DNA of 64,000 nucleotides, taken from assembly GCA_963733035.1 (NCBI GenBank), contig CAVTBU010000004.1:384001-448000 (forward strand). The letters are read 5' to 3'. Of the stretch, positions 10,716-19,150 are shown one piece after another (within the stretch, counting starts at the first letter, position 1; each line of letters begins with the position of its first letter). A program made the translations under genes and the position numbers. This DNA is from Pirellulales bacterium. Lineage in GTDB: Bacteria > Planctomycetota > Planctomycetia > Pirellulales > PALSA-1355. Below the pieces are notes generated by a model. The model saw only the letters and a list, made by a program, of their open reading frames with translations, did no database searches and was not told the origin of the DNA.

Positions 10716-13219
10716 ACCTGCTATTCCTCATTGCGCGCGGCTGGCGGCAGCGTCCGGGACGCACCATTTTATCGGCAGCGAGCGTGACGATCGCCATTGC
10801 CGCCGTGCTGGGCACGGCCCTCGCGCAATCGAGCGTGCGGCGTGGAATGCGCGAACTGACGCGTGTCGTCGACAAATATCCGGCGGTCGAAGTCGTTTCT
10901 GCGTCAGGCGGCCGATTCGAGTCGTCTCACGCGCCAAATCTCTCGCAATTGCCAGGCGTCCAGAGCGTCGTTCCCGTCGTGGCCAGGGCCACCATGGCCA
11001 GGGTCAATGGCAAGCGATTTCGCACGGTGCTCGCGGGCCTGCCGGTGTCGAACAAGACGGCGTGGAAGACGCTCGCGGTGGCCGAAGGCCGCGCGTGCGA
11101 TCGGGAAGGCCAGGCAATACTCTCGTCCTCAGTGGCCAAGAGCATCGGGGCGGGGCTCCAAGATCGTGTCACCGTGATCACGCGACGGGGACCGCGCTCG
11201 GCCACAATCGTCGGAATCGCCGACGCCGGAGCTTTGGCAGCCTATGCGCCGGGGGCGGGCCTCGTCATGCCGCTGACGGACGTGCAAAGCTACTTCGGGC
11301 TCACCGGTCAGCTTGACCGCCTCCGTGTGTTGCTTCACTCACCGGATGACCGCCAGGAAGTTCTGGACGCCGTGGCCGGGCGGCTTCCTGACGCGTTAAC
11401 GGTGCAAGCCCCGTCAACACCGACGGAGATGATCGACACAACGTTGCGCTCCACCGAACTGGCATTGAGGCTGGCCGGGGCGCTATCGATGGCGATGGCC
11501 GCGTTCATTATCTTGAACACGTTACGTTTGAATTTTAGCGAACGGCGTCGCGATTTTGCCGTTGTCCGCGTGCTTGGTGCAACTCGAAGGCAACTGGTCG
11601 GACTACATCTACTCGAAGGTCTCTGTCTGGGGGCCATCGGCGCGATGGTCGGCGTCCCGCTCGGCTTCGTCGTGGGGCGCGGCCTGGAACACGCCATGGC
11701 CGCGCTACTCGGAATCGAAGCCATGACCGCCGAGACGCCCTTTGGCGTGATTATCTTCGTCTTGGTCTTGGGGCCCGCCGTCGCCGCGCTAGCCGCGCTG
11801 GTCCCGGCACTGCAAGCCCGCCGCGTGTCGGCCAGCGAAGCCATGGGAGAAACGGAACTTCGGCGCGCCGAGCACTTCCCCTTGTGGGCCGCGGGCCTGG
11901 GCGTGTTGTCCTGGTCTGTCGCCGTCACGTTGGTGCTCCTGGTCGTCCAAGGGCGACTTCCTCCCGAGGCGGCAATTCCGTCGGGTTTGTTGATGCTCGT
12001 GGCCTTTATTACGGTGATTCCCGCCGTCGTCAAACCGGTGGTGCGAGCCGCGGGCTGGGGGCTTTCGCCATGGTTGCGAACCGAAGGAGAACTGGCCGCC
12101 GATCAACTGTTGGCCCGCTCAACTCGCACCGGCCTGACTGTGGGAGTGTTAGTCGTGGCGCTTTCATCCGGCCTCGGATTGGGCACCGCGATCATCAACA
12201 ACGTCGACGACGTTCGCGGTTGGTATCGGCGGTCGCTCTCGGGCGACGTGTTTCTGACGAATTCGGCCGCCTCCGAGGAAACAACCGCCGCGCCAGGTCC
12301 TGGCTTAGGATCGCAACTGGCCGAACAGCCGGGTGTCCAACGGATTGTCGAAATACGCCTGCTGTCGGCCAAGGCGGAAGGGCAGCCAGGCATGTGCGTG
12401 GTGCGCAATTTTGATCCCGAGGTTGAACTTCCCTGGATACTCTCTCCGTCGGCGGAGACGGAACTGCGAGCGAAGCTCAAGGCCGGCGAAGTTGCACTGT
12501 GTGGCGTCATGGCAAAAAAAATTGGGCTCGCGCCCGGCGACCAATTGCGCCTAGAAATCCAAGGCCGGGTATTCTCGTTGCGGGTTGCCGCTTTGGTGAA
12601 TGACTACATGCTTGGCGGCCGCGTCGTTTACCTCGACCAAGCGGCGGCCGAAAAGTTGTTCCCGCTCGGTGCGGCCAGTTTCATGATCGTGCAGGCAAGA
12701 CCGGACACGTCGAGCGATGAGCTAGCCGCCACACTTGAAAAACGCTTCGACGGCCAGGGTATTGTCGTACAGTCGTTTGCCGAAATGCGCCATCAACTCG
12801 ACACGTTGATCGATGGCGTGGTGGCCGCGCTATGGGGCCTGTTGGCGGTCGGTTTTCTCGTGGGAGGTGTCGCCGTGAGTAACACGCTGACGCTCAACGT
12901 GCTCGAACAGACGCGCGAACTGGGACTTCTCCGCATCATCGGCATGACGCCCGGCCAAACGAGGCGTCTCGTCTTTTGCGAATCGCTGTTGCTCGGCCTG
13001 CTGGGAGCGCTGATGGGAACACTGGGCGGAATTACCACGGCCATTGTGATTCACTACTGCAATGAACCGGTACTAGGTCGTTCCATCCCGCTTCAGCTGC
13101 ATGGTTGGCTGTTGGCGGCAAATGCGGGGGGCTGCTTGCTGATTGCGCTTGCGGCTGCCTGGAGACCATGCGTCTGGGCGACGCGTCTTAACGTGCTATC
13201 AGCCATTGCGTACGAGTAG
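10712..13219 (+). CDS. ABC transporter permease with duplicated MacB/FtsX-like domains
   Basis: ATGA overlap with the ATPase; two repeats ERRRDFAVVRVLGAT and EQTRELGLLRIIGMT; multiple TM segments. Confidence 0.94.
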   Translation: MNLLFLIARGWRQRPGRTILSAASVTIAIAAVLGTALAQSSVRRGMRELTRVVDKYPAVEVVSASGGRFESSHAPNLSQLPGVQSVVPVVARATMARVNGKRFRTVLAGLPVSNKTAWKTLAVAEGRACDREGQAILSSSVAKSIGAGLQDRVTVITRRGPRSATIVGIADAGALAAYAPGAGLVMPLTDVQSYFGLTGQLDRLRVLLHSPDDRQEVLDAVAGRLPDALTVQAPSTPTEMIDTTLRSTELALRLAGALSMAMAAFIILNTLRLNFSERRRDFAVVRVLGATRRQLVGLHLLEGLCLGAIGAMVGVPLGFVVGRGLEHAMAALLGIEAMTAETPFGVIIFVLVLGPAVAALAALVPALQARRVSASEAMGETELRRAEHFPLWAAGLGVLSWSVAVTLVLLVVQGRLPPEAAIPSGLLMLVAFITVIPAVVKPVVRAAGWGLSPWLRTEGELAADQLLARSTRTGLTVGVLVVALSSGLGLGTAIINNVDDVRGWYRRSLSGDVFLTNSAASEETTAAPGPGLGSQLAEQPGVQRIVEIRLLSAKAEGQPGMCVVRNFDPEVELPWILSPSAETELRAKLKAGEVALCGVMAKKIGLAPGDQLRLEIQGRVFSLRVAALVNDYMLGGRVVYLDQAAAEKLFPLGAASFMIVQARPDTSSDELAATLEKRFDGQGIVVQSFAEMRHQLDTLIDGVVAALWGLLAVGFLVGGVAVSNTLTLNVLEQTRELGLLRIIGMTPGQTRRLVFCESLLLGLLGALMGTLGGITTAIVIHYCNEPVLGRSIPLQLHGWLLAANAGGCLLIALAAAWRPCVWATRLNVLSAIAYE

Positions 13220-13572
13220 TTCTCGCTCACTTATAGTTGCCCAAACTACCCCGGCCGATGCGACGGACTGTAGGGATTGTGTAACTTCGGCAGCAGTCTC
13301 TCTAGACTCGCCTTGGCCTGCCCGATTTGACAGCGGAAGTGCTGGAAACTCTGGATGCACGTCCGAATTCCTTCGATTTGGGCCCAAAAGTTGCCGTTAA
13401 AGTTTGACTGGTTCGCCAGACACCCACAATCGCCGCGGCTTGACACTCTCCAAAGTGAGAAGATAATGGCCGCTTGATGTAAAGATGCGGGCGATGCGAC
13501 AAATGGCGTAAATGCATCGATCCAATTGACTTTGAAACTTTTGGCTACCTCCAACGGTTTAGGCAGTTGTAG

Positions 13573-14928
13573 ATGACCCAGCTATCGAACGGAAAAGTGT
13601 TAGAGACGACCACCACCGGTTCCGAGCGACTGCTAGCACGTGCTCGGCAAAGTATCGCCGGTGGAGACAACAGCACGATGCGTGTCCTGCCGTACCATCT
13701 GCCGCTGGTCGCTACTCGCGGCGAAGGCTCGCGGATCTGGGATGTCGATGGGCAAGAGTACGTCGACCTGAACATGGCCTATGGGCCGCTGATCTTCGGG
13801 CACCGACCGCCGGCAATCGTAGATGCCGTCGTGCGTCAAATCACTGAGAGTGGCTCGCAGCTCGGCTTCCCGGCCGAGGTCTCTGTGCGGGTGGCCGAGA
13901 AGGTCAAGCGGCTATTTCCGCACATCGACTTGCTGAGGTTTTCAAGCACGGGTACCGAGGCCATCGTGGCGGCGCTGCGGTTGGCGCGAACGTTCACGAG
14001 TAAGAAATACGTGATCGCATTTGAGGGCCATTACCACGGCTCGAGCGACAACATCTTCCATCGCTACCATGCACCGCTCGATGAACTACCCTCGGGGCCC
14101 TATGGGCCGGCCTTGCCGGGTACGTTGGGCATGAACGGAGCGCCGCGCGACGTGTTGGTCTGTCGCTGGAACTCCCCCGAGGCGCTGGAGCAGTGTCTCA
14201 ACGACCACGCCGGTCAAGTAGCAGCGGTCATCATGGAACCGGTCATGGGCAACGGTGGCGTTGTTCCGCCAAACCCTGACTTTTTGGACATCGCCCGCGC
14301 GTTGACCAAGGAGCACGAATCCTTGTTGATCTTCGACGAGGTGATTACGGGCATGCGGGTGGCCGCGGGGGGAGCTCAGGAGCGATTCGGCGTTGAGGCC
14401 GACATCACGATTCTCAGCAAGGCCATGGGAGGCGGGTTCCCCATTTCAGCCCTGGGCAGCACGCGTGAGATCATGCAGTGCATTGCGGAGGGCAAGCTGT
14501 TCCACGGCGGCGTTTATTCGGGCAATACCCTGGTGATGGCCGCCGCCGACGCCGTGCTGGACGAAATGCACCGCGACGGCGAGGCAATTTATGCTCATCT
14601 GGAAAGCATTTCGACTGCCTTGGCGACGGGAGTGGACGAGATTTTCAATCGGTTGGGAATCCCGCATCAGGTACAATATGTGGGCCCGATGATCTCGATG
14701 CTGTTGACCCATGAAGACGTCGGCCCGCTGACGAACTACCGCGAAGTGCGCGCGAGTTGCGACTTCGACAAGTTCATCCGCTTCCAGCATCAGTTGCAAC
14801 GATCGGGCGTGTACTTTCACCCGAACCAATTCGAGCCGATGTTCCTCTCCACCGCGCACTCGCATGCCGACATCGCCAGTGTCCTGGATCGGATCGAGGA
14901 CGGTGCTCGCGCCGTGCTGTTGGCCTGA
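13573..14928 (+). CDS. Class III PLP aminotransferase, GSA-aminomutase-like paralogue (biosynthetic AMT)
   Basis: WDVDGQEYVD, FEGHYHG, LIFDEVITG, PLP lysine in SKAMGGGFP; HGGVYSGN replaces the HemL QAGTLSGN motif. Confidence 0.92.
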   Translation: MTQLSNGKVLETTTTGSERLLARARQSIAGGDNSTMRVLPYHLPLVATRGEGSRIWDVDGQEYVDLNMAYGPLIFGHRPPAIVDAVVRQITESGSQLGFPAEVSVRVAEKVKRLFPHIDLLRFSSTGTEAIVAALRLARTFTSKKYVIAFEGHYHGSSDNIFHRYHAPLDELPSGPYGPALPGTLGMNGAPRDVLVCRWNSPEALEQCLNDHAGQVAAVIMEPVMGNGGVVPPNPDFLDIARALTKEHESLLIFDEVITGMRVAAGGAQERFGVEADITILSKAMGGGFPISALGSTREIMQCIAEGKLFHGGVYSGNTLVMAAADAVLDEMHRDGEAIYAHLESISTALATGVDEIFNRLGIPHQVQYVGPMISMLLTHEDVGPLTNYREVRASCDFDKFIRFQHQLQRSGVYFHPNQFEPMFLSTAHSHADIASVLDRIEDGARAVLLA

Positions 14929-14932
14929 GAGC

Positions 14933-16396
14933 ATGGACCTGTCGCCACAACCGATCCTGGACGCAGCCGAAAGGTATCGGGGCACGTTTGTCGATCTCGA
15001 TGCCGGGCTCGTCGTCGACGCGGCCGATTTCCATGCCGCGCGTTTCCAACTCGCCGAACGCCTCAGTTCGCTCGGGCTATCTCCTGGCGAGCGGGTGGTT
15101 GTCTCGGTCGGAAATGGCCCCCAGTTCGTGGTCACGCTGCTTTCGGTTTTAGCTGTCGGCGGATCGCCACTGCTGGTGCATGCGAAAACACCGGCCGCGG
15201 AGCTGAAACGGACGGCACTGCGGTATGGCGCGCATCTGGTTCTCAGCGATGAATGCCCGCTCGCGGATCTTGAAGCCGCGGGCTTGCCAATTGCTGCCCT
15301 GTCAGCCGGCGAGTGGCTGCGACTTGGCGCGGGTAAAATCGATCCTGGCTTATCGGGCTTCAACGGTGGCTACGTCGAACTGGCCGGAGTGCCACTTCAT
15401 CCCACATCGGGCACGACGGGAGTTCCCAAAGTTGCCGTGCGGCCAGGGCTCGCCGCGACAGAAGAGGCCCGGCATTACATCGAAACAATCGGCATTACCG
15501 CCGACGATACCATCATGGCCATCGCGCCGATGTGCCACGCCTACGCGTATGGGATGTGCGTCATGGTGCCATTACTAAGTGGCGCGTCGATCGTCTCGAT
15601 GCGCGGCTTCCAGGCGAGTAAGGTCTTTCAAGCGGTCGGCGATCATGCGGTCACGATTCTGCCCGCCGTCCCGGCGATGCTTGACGTGCTGCTATTCGGG
15701 GCCGGAGATCGCCTGCGCGGTGCCGCGCGGACCGTGTTATCCGCCGGCTCCCCGCTGTCCGAGCGAACGGCCGAACGTTTTCACGGGAAGTCGGGCCTGA
15801 GGGTCCGGCCGCTCTACGGCACGACGGAAACCGGCGGCATCACGGTCGCTCCCCCGGGCGAGCTGCAGATCGCCGGCAGCTGCGTCGGCCCGCCGATGGA
15901 AGGCGTCGAAGTCCAGGTTCGCCCCCACCCGGCCCATGCCGATTCGCAGCCCGGCGTCGGCAGACTATTTATCCGATCGAGTTCCATGATGGCCGGTTAC
16001 CTGGGGACTGACGGCATCGATGCGTCCATGCTGACCGATGGCTGGTTCGAGACGGGCGATTTGGCGCGGCTCGACGATTCGGGTTTCATTCACCTGTTGG
16101 GGCGCGAAGCCGAGGTCATCAACGTCGAAGGACTGAAAGTCATTCCCTCGGAAGTCGAGGAAGTTATCGCGGCGATTCCGGGAGTCGTCGAAGTCAAGGT
16201 GTATGCCGGAACGCGTAAGAGCGGGGGGCAGTACATCAAGGCGGCGGTCGTCGTCGATAATGGATTGGACGTGCAGGTCATCCGCGCCCACTGCGAACGA
16301 AATCTCGTCTACTACAAACGGCCGGAGCGGATTCTGCCGCTCGACGCCCTACCACGCTCGGCTGCCGGAAAGATCCTTCGCGAGCAGTTGCCGTAG
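14933..16396 (+). CDS. Class I adenylate-forming enzyme (acyl-CoA/acyl-AMP ligase)
   Basis: TSGTTGVPK P-loop, YGTTETG, WFETGD, LLGR, C-terminal LPRSAAGKI. Confidence 0.93.
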   Translation: MDLSPQPILDAAERYRGTFVDLDAGLVVDAADFHAARFQLAERLSSLGLSPGERVVVSVGNGPQFVVTLLSVLAVGGSPLLVHAKTPAAELKRTALRYGAHLVLSDECPLADLEAAGLPIAALSAGEWLRLGAGKIDPGLSGFNGGYVELAGVPLHPTSGTTGVPKVAVRPGLAATEEARHYIETIGITADDTIMAIAPMCHAYAYGMCVMVPLLSGASIVSMRGFQASKVFQAVGDHAVTILPAVPAMLDVLLFGAGDRLRGAARTVLSAGSPLSERTAERFHGKSGLRVRPLYGTTETGGITVAPPGELQIAGSCVGPPMEGVEVQVRPHPAHADSQPGVGRLFIRSSSMMAGYLGTDGIDASMLTDGWFETGDLARLDDSGFIHLLGREAEVINVEGLKVIPSEVEEVIAAIPGVVEVKVYAGTRKSGGQYIKAAVVVDNGLDVQVIRAHCERNLVYYKRPERILPLDALPRSAAGKILREQLP

Positions 16397-16409
16397 CCCG
16401 GGAGTCGAC

Positions 16410-17258
16410 ATGCAATTGGGCAATTGGCAACTCGACACGATCAACGGCGGCCTGTTTCGATTGGACGGCGGCGTCATGTTTGGCGTCGTGCCGCGAACCA
16501 TCTGGAAAACCGTCGCGCCGCCCGATGAGATCAATCGCATCCAGTGCGCCAACAACTGCGTGTTGGCCCGCGATGGAACGCACACGGTGCTGATTGATAC
16601 CGGTTACGGTGGCAAATTCGCGCCCCTCGACCGGCGGTTCTACGCAATGGAAGAAGGAGCGCCGCTACTGAAGGGTCTGGCCGAACTCGGCGTGGCACCC
16701 GACGAAATTGACACCGTCGTTTTCAGTCACTTGCACTTCGATCATGTCTGCGGTGCCACGGAATTTGATTCGGCTGGTCGGCGTGTGCCAATCTTTCCGC
16801 GGGCCCGCCATATCGTCGGCCGCACCGAGTGGGAAGACGCAACCTCCGGTTCGCCGGAACTCGAAACGGCGTATCCGATGGAAGACATTCTGCCACTCTA
16901 CGAAGCGGGACTAATGCTGGTCGTCGAAGACCGGCAGGAAATCGTGCCGGGCTTGCGCGGTGAGGTCACTGGCGGTCATACGCGCGGCCACATGGCGCTG
17001 TTTTTCGAGTCGGGGGGCCAAACAGCGGCCTATCTCGGAGACATCTGCCCCTCGACCGTCCACCTGCGACGAATGTGGCACCTGGCCTACGACACCTATC
17101 CGCTCGACACGCGTCGCCGCAAACCCGAGTTGTTGGCCCGGGCCGTGGACGAGCAGTGGTGGATCATGTGGAATCACGATCCGCGTGTGAGTGCCAGCCG
17201 GGTCGTGCGCGATCCGAAGCGCGAGTTCGTCCCCATCGAGGCTCACCCGAGGGCCTAG
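16410..17258 (+). CDS. MBL-fold metallo-hydrolase, YtnP-like
   Basis: FRLDGGVMFGVVP, LIDTGYG, SHLHFDHVCG, GGHTRGH, NHD; GGAG RBS before ATG 16410. Confidence 0.93.
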   Translation: MQLGNWQLDTINGGLFRLDGGVMFGVVPRTIWKTVAPPDEINRIQCANNCVLARDGTHTVLIDTGYGGKFAPLDRRFYAMEEGAPLLKGLAELGVAPDEIDTVVFSHLHFDHVCGATEFDSAGRRVPIFPRARHIVGRTEWEDATSGSPELETAYPMEDILPLYEAGLMLVVEDRQEIVPGLRGEVTGGHTRGHMALFFESGGQTAAYLGDICPSTVHLRRMWHLAYDTYPLDTRRRKPELLARAVDEQWWIMWNHDPRVSASRVVRDPKREFVPIEAHPRA

Positions 17259-17348
17259 TTCGGTGGGCGGTAACGGTTGCGGAATCCGCAAAACCTGCCT
17301 GTCCAGAACACCCAATCCAATACCCGCAGTTTACTCATTTACGCCATG

Positions 17349-17377
17349 TTGACGTTGTCAAAACCCACTTGTAGAAT
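17349..17377 (+). promoter_or_regulatory. Sigma70 promoter for the reductase-PKS unit, with a palindrome over the -35 box
   Basis: TTGACG (17349-17354), 17 nt, TAGAAT (17372-17377); TTGAC-GTT-GTCAA at 17349-17361. Confidence 0.65.
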
Positions 17378-17476
17378 CGGGGCTTACGCCGCCTGCCTCC
17401 CGCCTGCAAGCCTTGCTGCTGGAAGGCGGTACGACGTATCAAAATCGAATACTCCGGCAATAGAGAATCTCCGTTT

Positions 17477-18960
17477 ATGTCCTACCTCCTGCTGACAGGT
17501 TCGACAGGTCTCGTTGGCCGCCATTTGCTAAGAGACTTGCTGGCAGCCGACGTTCCGGTGGCCGCCATGGTTCGCCCCGGCAAGGGCGCCGCCACACTCG
17601 AGGGCATCATGGGCCACTGGGAACAGCAGGCAGGGCGGCGCTGCCCCGACCCGTGGTCATCGGGGGCGACCTGTGCCTGGAGGAGGTCGTACCCGACGAG
17701 GCCCAGCGACGCTGGGTGGCGACACACTGCGACCGGATCTTGAGTTGCGCCGCCAGCATGACGTTTCGCGAAGATAAGCGCGGCGAGCCGTTCCGCACGA
17801 ACGTCGAAGGCACGAAGCATCTGCTCGAGTTGTGCCGCACGAGCGGAATCCGACACTTTCACCAGGTGTCAACCGCCTACATCTGCGGCCTGCGGCAGGG
17901 CAAGATTCTCGAAAGCGACATCGACGTAGGCCAGACGCTCGGCAATGTCTACGAGCAGAGCAAGCTAGCGGCCGAAAAGCTTATTCGCTCGGCTGACTTC
18001 CTTGATCAAAGATCGTTCTATCGTCCCGCCAGCGTGGTCGGCGACTCGAAGTCGGGCTATGTCACCAGTTTCCACGGCTTCTACTTGCCACTGCAACTGG
18101 CTCATGCGATGGCGGGCCGCGTGCCGGTGCGCCAGATGGACGAGCGGTTTTTCGCCAAGCTGGGCTTGCAGGGTCACGAAGGCAAGAATCTCGTGCCGGT
18201 CGATTGGTTGTCGGCGGCCATCGTGTATCTCGTGACGCATCCGGAGCACCACGGCCAGACCTACCACTTGGCCAATTCCGAGCCGGTGCCCGTGGTCGAG
18301 ATCCAGCGGGTGATCGCGGAAGCCATCGAGCGCTACTATCCAAAGCCGCTGGCCACGACGATCTCCGAACAGGAGTTGCAAGCCCTGGAGGGGATGTTCT
18401 ACGAATACATGACGATCTACCAGTCGCATTGGCGCGACGATCCAAAGTTCGACCTGACGAACACCCGCAGGGCATTGCCCCACCTGCCGTGTCCGCGAAT
18501 GACGTACGACGTGCTAATGAAGATTTCGCGTTATCCGGTGGAGCGGAATTTCATCGCTCCGCGCCACGAGAAACCTGCAGTGGCCTGCGACGTCGCTGAG
18601 CAGTTGGGTGAATTACTTGGGGCATCGCGCCCGACGAATGCGTCTCAAGTTGGTTTGCAGGTCACCGGTCCGGGCGGGGGCCAGTGGCAATTGCATCTGG
18701 CCGGCGGCCTCGTTTCGGCGGCCGAGCGTGGGCTGCCGACCGCGAGCGCGGCCGGTTTTCATTTGAACTCCGCCACGTTTCGTTCGCTGTTGGCGAGGGA
18801 ACTGTCGGTTGACGAATCGATCAACTCCGGCCGCCTGGTGGTCCAAGGCCCCAGCCAACGGCTCGGAGAATTGAAGAGCGCGCTTGAGCAAGTCGTATCT
18901 TCTCGAACCGGTGACCATCGGACCGTCCAAGCCATAAATGCCCAAGCGATGAAAGCATAG
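17477..18960 (+). CDS. Standalone thioester reductase (extended SDR, NAD_binding_4 type) with C-terminal SCP2-like domain; apparent frameshift ~17638
   Basis: LLTGSTGLVG, TNVEGT, VSTAYICG, YEQSK, YRPASVVGDS, NLVPVDW; C-terminal GLQVTGPGGGQWQL...SGRLVVQG; adding one G gives GRALPRPVV and joins ORFs 17477-17743 and 17653-18960. Confidence 0.85.
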
Positions 18961-19150
18961 CTCAGACGCGTCGTCAGGCGGTCGACCACGCCTTGTTGGG
19001 CACGGCCGTCACCCGCCCGGCAGACCTTGCCGGGCGGCGCACGCGTTTCAAGACAAACTAGCCCAGGGAGGGAAAGCGTCCGCGGTACTATCGCCGCAAC
19101 CAGGGAGGTGAATTCAAACCGCAATCAGACACACGAAGTGAATCACCAAC

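Noticed and set aside
13404..13467. Promoter candidates TTGACT/CACAAT and TTGACA/GATAAT before the aminotransferase
   Set aside because: Spacers of 15 and 16 nt with imperfect -10 boxes; plausible but too weak to call
17264..17435. ops/JUMPstart-like GGCGGTA motifs upstream of the PKS unit
   Set aside because: Neither matches GGCGGTAGnnTG and no RfaH/NusG paralogue is in the window
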